The notes below the pieces were generated by a model that searched no databases, was not told the origin of the DNA, and saw only the letters and a list, made by a program, of their open reading frames with translations. Both the position numbers and the translations under genes were made by a program. From assembly GCA_946965045.2 (NCBI GenBank), contig OX337235.1:3224001-3288000 (forward strand): a stretch of 64,000 bases of DNA, given 5' to 3'. Each line of letters begins with the position of its first letter. The first letter of the stretch is position 1. Shown piece after piece: positions 1 through 10,259 of this stretch. Source of the stretch: Epithemia pelagica. Taxonomy: Eukaryota; Protista; Bacillariophyta.

Positions 1-1056
1 TCGTGTTCTATCCTCTGGCAAATAAAATAATAATGAACTACTCCTATTGCACACTTCTAGACAGAGTCGCACACAGGTACCACAGTTCCAAAATGCATTG
101 GCATCCCAATCCAATCCTTGGGATGCTAGAGTAGGCGTGTGTACTTGGGATGGTACTGGATGTGCTCCCGGTGCCTTCTTCTCCCGGGGTTTTCTCGTCC
201 CATCAGTGGCTTGTGTTTTGACAGTTCCAGAACATGATCCTCAGTGCTAGGAGTTGTTGTCAGTGGGTCGTCCATCCAACTTGGTTTCGATTTGTTGGAG
301 ACGAGCGACGTGAAATTCAAGGTTACTGTGTTGTGACGTTACACCACCACGGAAGGCAAACTAGTGCCTGTGCTTCTCAAGGTAGTAGACCATGAGAGTC
401 TACGGTTCGAGAACCCAGGCACACAAACACGCACACGAATCCATGAATGCATTCCCCTTGCGACAATCATCACACCACCACAAAACTCACTGGATGTTGC
501 GGCTGCCGTCGAACCACCACTGTGTAACCTTAGTACGTGTCACCTTCCGTCCTGGAGCAATTTCAAGTCCACCCCGTCACAACAACAACAACAACAACAT
601 CAGTAGATTTGTTTCCATTGTCCCACAAACTGTGGTCGCTTCACCGTTCTTCTGGAAAGCCTTCTTTCATCAGTCTTGTTGGAAGTCAAAATGGTACACA
701 ACAACTTTGTATTTCCCGAGTAGTATATAGGACCGCCACTTTCTCTTGTTTTTCGAGGACCGTGAGTTTTCCCTCCCCTCGTCGTGCTGGAGCATTTCCG
801 TCCATGCAGAGAGTCTTGCAGTGTCACATCTTAGCCAAGGCATATTATTATGGTGCTTTCGTACATGTTTGGTGGGTACTGGATCACAACACACCCGTGT
901 CTCATCCCATTTCTCTGATCGTGGTCCATGGTTGGTTGGTGTGGCACGTCCTCGGGTCGCCCCCAACTACCATCCACCGCAACCTATTCTACACGAGAGA
1001 AATTCCTGTCGTACTAACGAACTTGAACGCGTCGTTGTGGGAATACTCGCCGCCAA

Positions 1057-2373
1057 TCATTCCTCCGTTTCTGGTTCGGCGAGTGCTTGTTCTTGTTGTT
1101 CTTGTTCTTCCAGTCGTTGAAGGAGGGCCATGGCCAGGTCGGGTTTGTTGCAACACACTTGATCGACGCCCGTGTCCAACAGGGCTTGATAACAGGCGGG
1201 GCCCTCCTCGGATCCCACATCGTTATACTTTTGGGGCAAGTCTTGGACCATGCCGACGGGTCCCCGGAACCAGGCCATGCTGGTCAAATTGGCGGCGGCC
1301 ATGGCGGCGACACGGTGTCGCGTACATTCATGGTAGGGGACATGAACTTGCGTGGCTCCACACGCCCGAGCGGCCGCCACCAAGTCCTTTGGCAGAGGCG
1401 ACCCAAACAAGGCACCCGTCGGATACCGGACCGAATCGGGTCGCAAGGTTCGCAATTCCTGCAATTGGGCATGATCAAAACTACTGTACGTACACCGCGT
1501 CGTCATTTTGTTGTTGTGGTTGTCTTGGTCAAAGGATTCCACCACGTCCAAGACGGGTTGGACCGTCCGCGGTCCCTTGAGTTCAATGGTAATGGTCAAG
1601 TTCGGGTAGGGTTGCAAGGCCACCAGTACATCCTGGAGGAGGGGAATGCGGGCCCGGGCCACCTCTTCCGGGGCCAAGTGGGCAAATTCGGGATAGGTGG
1701 GATCCAATCGCAAGGCTTGGACTTGGGACCAGTCCAAGTCTTGAATGGTTCGAGTTTTGGCGTCGTTTTTCTCATGGTCGTCGTGGTCCCACAAGACTTG
1801 TCCGTAGAGGGATCCCAAGGGCAGACCGGGACTGTCATTGCCATGAAAGACCACCACGGATCCATCGCGAATCACGTACACGTCCAGTTCGACACCATGA
1901 CACTGTGTGACACAGGCGAGAAAGGAGGGAATGGTATTTTCCAAGGCGTAATGCAAGGCGCCTCGATGACCCAAAATGCGAGGCCCTTTGGTAGTAGTAC
2001 GACGAGGAGTCGACACTGGAGTTGTCACACCCAAAACGTGACGCAAGGACAAGGACGACGACGCTTCCTTAGGGGAGGAGGAAGATGTCTCGAAGGTTTG
2101 GTTTGGTTCCTCTTGCGCCATGCTTTTGGTACAATGCCTCGCCAAGGAATGGTACTTGTTGTTGTAGTTGTGGTTGTTGTGGTTTCGTTGGATCGACCAA
2201 GACCCGACCAAGGATGCAGACAGTAAAGGAAGCAGCAGCAGCAGCAGCAATGGATGAACGATCCAAATCCCGAGAAATCTCCTCACCCGTGGTGGTTGTG
2301 TCGTTGTGGAAGCAAGAGTATTATTTTTTGTACGATCGACGACGATAAGTCTAGTAGGGACCACCATTCGCAT
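1057..2373 (-). CDS. Glycerophosphodiester phosphodiesterase (GDPD family), copy 1
   Basis: 438-aa ORF with ILGHRGA..ENTIPSF and CHGVELDVYVIRDGSVVVFHG, plus TIELKG and C-terminal GVDQVCCNKPD; hydrophobic poly-Leu segment near the N-terminus. Confidence 0.92.
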   Translation of the reverse strand: MRMVVPTRLIVVDRTKNNTLASTTTQPPRVRRFLGIWIVHPLLLLLLLPLLSASLVGSWSIQRNHNNHNYNNKYHSLARHCTKSMAQEEPNQTFETSSSSPKEASSSLSLRHVLGVTTPVSTPRRTTTKGPRILGHRGALHYALENTIPSFLACVTQCHGVELDVYVIRDGSVVVFHGNDSPGLPLGSLYGQVLWDHDDHEKNDAKTRTIQDLDWSQVQALRLDPTYPEFAHLAPEEVARARIPLLQDVLVALQPYPNLTITIELKGPRTVQPVLDVVESFDQDNHNNKMTTRCTYSSFDHAQLQELRTLRPDSVRYPTGALFGSPLPKDLVAAARACGATQVHVPYHECTRHRVAAMAAANLTSMAWFRGPVGMVQDLPQKYNDVGSEEGPACYQALLDTGVDQVCCNKPDLAMALLQRLEEQEQQEQALAEPETEE

Positions 2374-2805
2374 GGGCCGCTCGTTCTTCTACTCGTTCCA
2401 ACAGCAACAAGCGCCAACCTGTCTATCGTTGTCGTTTTTTTGTCTCTCGCTGTCTCTTTACACGGTTCTGTCTCTCTTTTTTTTCAACATCCATGCGAAT
2501 GATTTCTGCAGTGCGAATCACGCATGATTCAGCTATGTTGAGATTGGCGAACAGGTGGATCACAGTCCGTGTCATCGCTCATGTACAAATCGCCCATATA
2601 GCGATAGGAAGCCTCTAAACTGGCGATTCCTCCGATCCATCGGAGGGTAGCCATAATCTTCAAAGGAATAAACCAAAGCAAAGGAGTGTATATTTGTGTC
2701 CTTTTGGCTGTCTTGAAAAAAAGCGAAGACTTGCGCACAAGAATGAAGTTTTCAGTATCAAAACTCGCGTGCATTTTGACAACGACGACGACAAAAATGC
2801 TTTTG

Positions 2806-4227
2806 TCATATCAACCTCCATTTTTCCAAAGCATTTCTATAGTTCCATAGGAGACATTTCTCCAATATCTCAGCGGCTGCCAGTGAGTACAAGTCGTCCT
2901 GAGAATTTGACCAGCATTCGTTGAGGTTTTCCACACCAGGAATGGCAGTTACAAGATCCAAGTCGCCGTTGTCTTTTACTTCTGTAATAAGAGTCACACG
3001 ATGATCTTGAGGGTAGAATACGTGAACGTCAGCTCCAGTTATCGTCCAGCGAGCACCTTGGTTCTTGTTCAGTATCGCGTTGTTTCCTAGCTTGGGCAAA
3101 AGTCCCGCGGCAATTCCATTATTGTTAAATTCCAACTCCAATGGAATTCTGAAGCAGGGACAACCATCAATGATACTAATCGTAAACCCGCCCTCAGGTC
3201 GTACTGGCTTGATGGCAAACGTCTGCACTGTTTTTCGACGCTTACCTCTTCCCCGTCCAGTTCCATCAAAGTTTACATGGACGTCCCTGCTCAAAGCAAG
3301 GCGGTTATATTCGGGTGCATCAAGCCATTTATATTTTCCAGTGCATTGGGCGCTTGGGAAAATATGCGCAGACTCCGGCGCAGCAAGTGCAAAGGAGGAG
3401 TCGGTTTCTATCCGTTGGAATCGAAACGTGGTGTCGGTGGTTGATAGAAGAGTCACGTCAACCGAACCTTCGAATGATCTAGTTTCAACCACCATGTCAA
3501 TAGGGGGCGACATCGGATCTGCCTCCCCTGTTCGTGGTTTGTAGTGACTAAGCAAGACTGAGTTTTGAAACGTTCTTGCAAAGGGAGCGATTTCCGTGAC
3601 CTTTGGATGGTCAGTCTTGCTCCCCTGATCATCCAAAAGTTCTAGATCCATCTTGTTATGTAGTAAATACATTTCGACGTCACTAACAAATTTGGTAGCC
3701 CTATCAATTGTCGTGAAAACCACCGAAAACCTGAGGATTGAACGATCCTCTTGGGAACTCGCCACAGTTTCGAACGCAGTTTCTGCATCCAATTCTGGTG
3801 GATACAATCCACCAGGACAAGCCAATTTGAATAGCTGGAAACGGGCACCGCCGTGGCTTATGGGTCGAGATATCGTCCCTGATACTTTTTGAAATCGCTG
3901 GTCTGCCGCATCTGCAATCGCCGCATCTGCCTTCGCGGGTGCCATGGCAATCACGGGACGTGGTGTTCTTTCGCCGGGCAACGGGTCTGTGCTAGGAACT
4001 TCCTCCCATGGCTTAATAAACTTGTCTTCGTAGCCTTCAATCGTCACATCGGTGTCGGGGGGGTACACGGAAAGATTTGCCGCATCACAATGGCTGAGGG
4101 AATGTGGTAGCTCTGCCTTTACTTCCTTCGTCAAGTCAGCAACATCTTTAGGTGCTGGATTAATGTTAATGGGATGGCCCGCCGGTTTTTCCTTTCCCTC
4201 GTAATATAGCTGAACCCAGACAGACAT
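2806..4227 (-). CDS. CR (Crinkler/RHS-type) effector-like gene 1: header A + HNH cassette X
   Basis: Starts MSVWVQL, header ends VIAMAP (equivalent of the CRN HVLVxxP motif); C-terminal ESAHIFP...NRLALSRDVHVNFDG matches the HNH_2-type nuclease pattern. Start placed at the ATG at 4227. Confidence 0.8.
   Translation of the reverse strand: MSVWVQLYYEGKEKPAGHPININPAPKDVADLTKEVKAELPHSLSHCDAANLSVYPPDTDVTIEGYEDKFIKPWEEVPSTDPLPGERTPRPVIAMAPAKADAAIADAADQRFQKVSGTISRPISHGGARFQLFKLACPGGLYPPELDAETAFETVASSQEDRSILRFSVVFTTIDRATKFVSDVEMYLLHNKMDLELLDDQGSKTDHPKVTEIAPFARTFQNSVLLSHYKPRTGEADPMSPPIDMVVETRSFEGSVDVTLLSTTDTTFRFQRIETDSSFALAAPESAHIFPSAQCTGKYKWLDAPEYNRLALSRDVHVNFDGTGRGRGKRRKTVQTFAIKPVRPEGGFTISIIDGCPCFRIPLELEFNNNGIAAGLLPKLGNNAILNKNQGARWTITGADVHVFYPQDHRVTLITEVKDNGDLDLVTAIPGVENLNECWSNSQDDLYSLAAAEILEKCLLWNYRNALEKWRLI
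3859..3923. repeat. 65-bp hinge J, copy 1
   Basis: TATGGGTCGAGATATCGTCCCTGATACTTTTTGAAATCGCTGGTCTGCCGCATCTGCAATCGCCG, identical at 11874, 27713 and 43357; encodes AIADAADQRFQKVSGTISRPI on the minus strand. Confidence 0.97.
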
Positions 4228-4638
4228 GACGTATACTCGATGCCTACAATACGGCAAAGTTCGAGAGAATTATGGTTGCAACCGCTTTCTTGTGGTCTTT
4301 GACGACGGCGAACAAGTCGATCGAAGACGACAGGATGGATGGAGGCAGGCAGCAAACTGGCCCGCCCAGATAAACACGCGCGCAGCTCCTCCTAATTTGA
4401 GCCCGCGTTCCGGCTGGAGCGTCCGAGGTTGGCAGTACATATTTCAAAGGCCAACCTCGGACGCTCTCGGCGGGGAAGCACGAGTTGGTACGGACCACCT
4501 AACGAGCGGATGACGGACAGTGTATGGTGGCAACCAGTCCGAAAAATGGAATTTTTCTGCGCGTGATCGCTGAAACTCAAAATGTTGTGCACGAAAAATG
4601 ATACCACCACGGACTGAAAATCAACGATTAGAGGCTAA

Positions 4639-7600
4639 CTCCGTATCTAGCTATGCAGGTAGTTCTGCTCACATTTTTATAGTAGAGTAGGAAATTATTG
4701 TACGAGCGGGAGGTAGTAATTACCGAAAGTTCGCGCGATTCGCGCAGAAAAACGCCGGGCGAGCAAACCAAGGGGGAAAACCGGACCACAGGAGAAAGAG
4801 ACGGACGAAACGATGGTAACGACGATACCAAAGAGAGACGAAGCAATAGACGAGCATTAGAAATAGCAAGTTGAATGTGAGAATAGGAACAATAAAGCAA
4901 CAATCAGACAATATTCGAGGACTTACAATGCCGGGGATCAATCAGTGACAACTGAGATACCTGTGAAACACTGATAGTATTGTCAGTCGACAAACTCAAG
5001 GGCGACAAAAGATCCAAAGACAGGACAAAAGACTCACCAACCCAGCAATTATGAAGACTTCTTTGCAGTACATAAAGGAGAATGGAGAGAAGGATAGAAG
5101 AAAACCATGAAGAATATGAAAAGAAGTCATGTACTGCGAACAGAATGAAGTAAAGAGTGAGATTGATGCATATGGAAATAAGCATAAAACAGAAAGAAAC
5201 TTACCAAACCACCAGTCAACCAGACCGCTTCTTGCCATGCTTCTTGTACTTGCGTTGATTTGAGTGGTTGGGTGCAAGTTGTTGATATGAAATGGCTCCT
5301 GGTTGCTGGATACCAAGGATGGGTGGTTGAATCGTAGGGGGTACCATGCCAGGTTGAGGAAGGCCAAATTGCAAAGGGGCAGACTGAAGAACAGGTTGTT
5401 GAAGAATGGCTCCATAAAAGGGTTGCTGGGGTGGCGGTGGTTGGTAAGACTGAACAAATGGGGCCATGGGAGCAAACTGTTGAGGTTGCTGCTGGGCGAA
5501 AAACATTGGTTGTGGTTGTTGCATTGAAACATGATGCATGCCATGGGTAATGCATGGTATGGTGCCATGATTGGATGATGCTGATGACATCGACGACGAC
5601 GAAACAGGAGTACTCGAAGAAGAAGCATTCACCTTTGAATCAGACTTCTTCGTGGTTTTTTCACGGGGAGAAGAAGGAAAAACATCCCAGTCAAAACCAT
5701 CAAACAACGAACAAGTGGACTCATCTTCAGCGTCTATATCCAAAGGCGCGGCAGCTGGTGACTTCTTGTCCTTCGATGCACAAGGTTTCGAATCATCGGG
5801 TTCTGTGACGAACAAACAAGGAAAGGTAAGACAAGTGTCAATGGAAATGAAACAATCAGCAATCAACGACAGATGAACGTACCAGTTTTGACCGTCACAG
5901 CTTTGGCGTCAGAATACCAATTCGCAGTCAAAAGCTTTGCGTACGATTCAGAGCGAAGCTCCTGGTACGCAAAACTTGCCTGCTGGTCCGTCTTGTGGCG
6001 CCCAAACTTATTTACAAGCTTCTGTGGTGCGCCGGATGCCACAACGTTAGAAATACCGGTACGACGGCCTGTACGTGCAGTCGTACGTTGCCAGTCTTCT
6101 AAGCCACACCTCTTGAAGAGGATTTTGGCATTCTCGTTCGGTCAGTTCTTTCCCAGCTGCCCGATCGGTCGCATCGGTGGAGGTCCAGTGAATCCCTGAG
6201 CGACTGCCTTCTTGTATTTCGCTATGACGTCTTTGGACATGTCGCGAACCAACATGGTGCCAGCCCACCACTTGTCATTCGCAGATGGACGAGCCTTGCG
6301 CTCCTTGTCGGTGGCAATGTTTAGAAAAAGCAGTCCTGTCCAGCCAGGAGGAAGGGCGTGCTCGATCCAGTACTTTAGTAATTTGTACGTGGACCACGGG
6401 TCATCGGGGTTGTCGACTACCACATTCAATTCACGCTCATCCTCTCCATCCAGAGTCGGATTCGTCAGCGAGAGCTTCGAGCATTTCTCGCGAGAGCACT
6501 CTTTCAATTTGTATGCGGGAAGACCTTTCAAAGAACCATACGACTCAGGCAGCGCGGCAATATGCACTAAATCAGACACTCTTAATTTAGTAGTCTGTGA
6601 CAGAAAATCAACGTGTGAGAGCGGAAGAAGACACATGAAAAACCAACAATCCAACAGTACTTACTTCAATGGTACCACGTGGACCAAAGTCACGTTGCGA
6701 CTTGTACACTGTCATGCGTAGCAAATCGATTGGGACTCCGAAAGGATTGAAGGGGGGGTCCGCTTTGTTGCGGAATAAAAACTCGTCGTTCTCGACAACC
6801 TTGGCTTTCTTTGGACGGCGACCAAAGTCGGGCCGGATTTCAGCTTCGTCTTCAAAAAGTTTCTTACAAAACGCGTGAAAGGATTGCGGAAGATTGGCAA
6901 GATCCAAGCTGCTATATTGGATGCCGTTTGCATGAAAAACAGCAAACAGGTGGTCCAACATCTTCTTGATCACGGCGGGTTGATAAATCTTACCAGCCCT
7001 CGTGTAGAGGTTGGAGACGAAGACGTACAAAGCGAGGTTGAGCAGCTTGGCCTTCTCTGGTGTCTTGTAACCACGTAACAAGACGAAGAGTCGCAGAGTT
7101 TGTTTCGTAGAGTTGTCTGGATCGGGCATGACCTCGGTAAGTTTGAAGAGATCCTGGTGACGGGCCAAGATGCTCAGGAACCGTTCGACTGTTCTAGCTT
7201 TTTCGCGCTCATAGCCTGCCGTGTTCATTGACAGGTCGGTGAAAGATACTTTCTTGGCGTCGGCGCCATAGACGCGATCGTTCGAAATCGTTGCATACGA
7301 TGCCCAGGCATCGATGTCATCGGGAGTCTCGACAATCTCGGGAAGAGGGTTGGTCGCAAGGAAGTCCAGCGTGATCTTGCCTGTTGCTTGGTCTACCACC
7401 AAATTGGACCGGGACGAAGCAGCTTGTGCAGTCAATTTTAAGGATGGTGCAACAGGAACGGGGACGGTTGAGGTGTCTGCTGCTGCTGCCATTGACCTGG
7501 GAAAACAACAATCATCCACGAGGTTAGAAGAGAAGCGACCACCATGGAGAACCACTCATACAACAATTAACTTACACAGCTGGATCGTTTGATTGCTGTT

Positions 7601-8887
7601 GTCGCAACGAGTCTTCCACGGTAGATCCTCGGGTGGAAGGAACGTTTACCTCTCTGTTTGGCAAAAAGACGCGGTGAACAGAATGAGAAAAAGAACGAGG
7701 CGACAACAAAAACACAACAATCAAAGACTCTTACTCGTTGTGAGGAATGGGTTGAAGAGAGACAGGGTTCTCGGAAGTCTTGGATTGCTGTTGCATGCGG
7801 GTAGGACGACGGGTGGAAGGAATGTTCGTCTCTCTGTTTCGGAAAAAGAGGAAGCAACCATGAGAGTCTGAAGGAGGAGCGACACAAAGAAACACAACAA
7901 TCAAAAGAACTTACTGGTTGACAGGGATGGGCTGAAGAGGAACAGGGTGCGTCGGTTTGTTCGACTGCTTTGGAACAGGAACATGCAACGATCGTTTCTT
8001 GAGGAGAGACGACGAGTTACCATTGGATTCAGCAACGGCGGTAGAGATGCTGCGAGTTTTGCGAGACCCCGATACACGAACTGGAGACGCCTCATTCTCC
8101 TTGTTCGAAGTTGAGGCGGAAGCAGCGGCGGCTTTCTTCTTGTTGGCATTACGGGTCTTCATGGTTCGACTGCTGTTCTCAAAAACAAGTTGACACAAGA
8201 AATGAGAAATGAGAAATGACAGTATGAGGGAGGAGAATGAGGATGCGTGACAGTCGAAGGAAGATTTGAATTGCTAAGTGCGACCAGGAAGATTTGGACG
8301 CAAAAGGAAGACCACCATGGCCAAAATGGAGGAAAACAGGCCAAATCGATATGAAAACACAACAATCAAACAAGAAAACTTACAGTTCACAGGATCTTGG
8401 CGCCCTTGAGGCATCTGTGGAGTCGTTGTTGTCTTTGGAGCTCTCCTTGGTGAGATCTATTACGGTAACCCCCCTTCCTTCCCAGTTGAACATGTTGTCG
8501 GGCTCGTCGAAGATGAAGAGATATGAGGAAGACGAATCCGATGACTCCGAGGACTGGGACAGGGAGTCCGATACCAAATCAATCACAGACATGCTCAAAA
8601 CCAACAATCAAACACTTTTTGAAGTAGAGAAGCCGTCCAGAATGATGATCTCATTGTCGTCGACCTTCCTTTCTCCAGTTCTCGGATCGAGAGCAAGGAG
8701 ATGTCGACGAGATCTCTGGGGCCTAAGTGATCCGATGAACGGAATGTTTCAAATTTACATATTATAAGTAACAAGTTTATTTAAAGACTAAATTTTCTGA
8801 TGGGACTCCAAAATTTCCTCAACAGACATGTCCTGCTTATTAATTATAGAAGGGAGGTGAGAACTACCTGCATAGCTAGATACGGAG
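4639..8887 (-). mobile_element. TIR-bounded tyrosine-recombinase (Crypton-like) DNA element, 4249 bp
   Basis: Perfect 28-bp inverted repeats CTCCGTATCTAGCTATGCAGGTAGTTCT (4639-4666 and 8860-8887); TAA on both sides (4636-4638, 8888-8890); internal spliced YR gene. Confidence 0.8.
5216..8592 (-). pseudogene. Intron-rich tyrosine recombinase (Crypton-type) with one in-frame TGA
   Basis: Exons approx 8592-8384, 8172-7915, ~7830-7728, ~7650-7580, 7496-6665, 6594-5883, 5802-5216 join in frame via GTAAGT/GTAAGA/GTACGT..CAG introns. Motifs FGPRGTIE|TTKLRVSDL (box I), GQLGKN, TARTGRRT, GRH and Tyr (FAY). Stop at 6144-6142. The 3' end may extend through a further intron. Confidence 0.8.
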
Positions 8888-8893
8888 TAAGCA

Positions 8894-9070
8894 GATTACT
8901 CCCCTGTGTTTCTTAGTCCTTTCTCGTCGGGCGCCCGGCTGGTCGGGAGAATGACTCATCGGGCACATGTCTTGTCGGGCATGCGCCCTCCTCGCCACGT
9001 GCCCTCCTCGTCATTCTACCCTCCACGCCGGGCGACCCTCCTCTAAAGGACTAATACACCGTGAAGTAAT
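8894..9070. mobile_element. Possible small degenerate MITE
   Basis: Imperfect inverted ends GATTACT..GTGT..TTAGTCCTTT / AAAGGACTAA.ACAC..AGTAATC around a GC-rich core; no clear TSD. Confidence 0.35.
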
Positions 9071-9215
9071 CCTACTACTACATTACCTAGTTGGTTTCTG
9101 AAACTTAAAATTTCTTGTGGGTCATCACGACCCCAGCGACTGATTTTGACCTTAAATCGCTGAATAGAAAAATGTGCTGGGCGAAAAAAATGAAACACCG
9201 CCGTCTTTTTTAGCC

Positions 9216-9524
9216 TCATCGGATATATGAATGAGAAGACGCCGCGTTGACGCTTTGTGCATTGCCATTCACTGTAAAGCTTGTCAAGTTGACCATGTTT
9301 CCAACCTCGGTGGGGATTGGTCCAGTGAAATCATTGTAACTCAAATCCAAACGAATGTCTAAATTCAAGGCAAATATCTCCGGAATCAAGGTACCATTCA
9401 TTCGATTGCTCCCCAAGGATAGGTCACGCAGGTTGTCATTGGCTACTAGCCTAGGTCCGAACAGCAGCACCATTGTCGGTGGAAGTGGCCACGACCAAAT
9501 CAAACCATTCGGCCGTGACCACAA
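9216..9524 (-). pseudogene. Leucine-rich-repeat (plant-type extracellular LRR) gene fragment
   Basis: LRDLSLGSNRMNGTLIPEI and LDLSYNDFTGPIPTEVGNMVNLTSF follow LxLxxNxLxGxIPxExxxL; only about two repeats, no start context. Confidence 0.7.
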
Positions 9525-10259
9525 AATCTGGACGGACTGGTGTCACGTGATTGTGCCGGCATGGATGATGCTATGGTATTTGTTGGTGTATCCGTTGTGG
9601 GAGGGGCTGGAAAGGTGGGAATGTCACCTCCACCCTTGTTGTTGTCGTCGTACTTCCTTGCATTCGTTTTCTTCTTTTTTCAGCCATAGTTCCTCGTATG
9701 TCGCTCTTCAAAACCCGGAACTGGATAGAAGAAACACCGGATTCGAGGTTGGCCCTGTTTCTACAGGTTGTCCTGGCGCCTTGAACGCAGGCTGGCCGAT
9801 CCCATCGGCCACCACACCCTGTGAGATGCACGACCACCCGTCGTGGGAGGGGACTCAGGGACGTCCCAGTAGCCGCGTCCACGAGTGCACGCATGTACTT
9901 CCCCACGAGGGCTGCGACTCGGTAAGCATCAAAGCCACTCACTGTGCGCACGCCCTCCACCGTCAGCAGAGGTGTGATATCCCGTCCTGCGGTTGCAGAC
10001 GCCCAGAACTCACGCAGTGCGGCGTTGACGAGGTGGTGTAAGCGAGAGGTGCGGTTGCGAGCAGGCAGAATACGCTCCACCTGGTTCATTGCCACGGCTG
10101 CAACAAACGTATCACGGGGCCAAAAGGGGAATGCACTCGCCACCACGTGCAGGAACCAACCACACGCCTGTAGCAGCTTGTCCGGATGCCCTCATCAGGG
10201 AACAGAACATCATGAAGTCCAATTGAAAGACAAGCACACATTGAATGCTTTGGATAAAA

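Larger units (their letters stand above)
1..3923. repeat. Segmental repeat block (intergenic + GDPD + HNH cassette + 65-bp hinge), copy 1 of 3
   Basis: Same sequence and ORF set recur at offset +23854 (23855-27777) and about +39492 to +39498 (39493-43421); only scattered SNPs and microsatellite length changes. Confidence 0.97.

Noticed and set aside
537-2226. Long plus-strand ORFs (347 aa, 379 aa) and their repeats
   Set aside because: Antisense shadows of the GDPD gene with no motifs; the same applies to shadows over INO1, the kinase and the copia.
8294-8767. 157-aa plus-strand ORF inside the YR element as a second gene
   Set aside because: Overlaps exon 1 and intron 1 of the spliced minus-strand gene, whose splice phases all fit.
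9156-9203. Resemblance to 4566-4611 (ATCGCTGAA..AAAATGT..CGAAAAA.TGA.AC.ACC.C)
   Set aside because: Short, gapped and A-rich; could be chance without a genome-wide search.
9571-10146. 191-aa minus-strand ORF
   Set aside because: No recognisable motif; may be a degraded fragment, cannot be supported.
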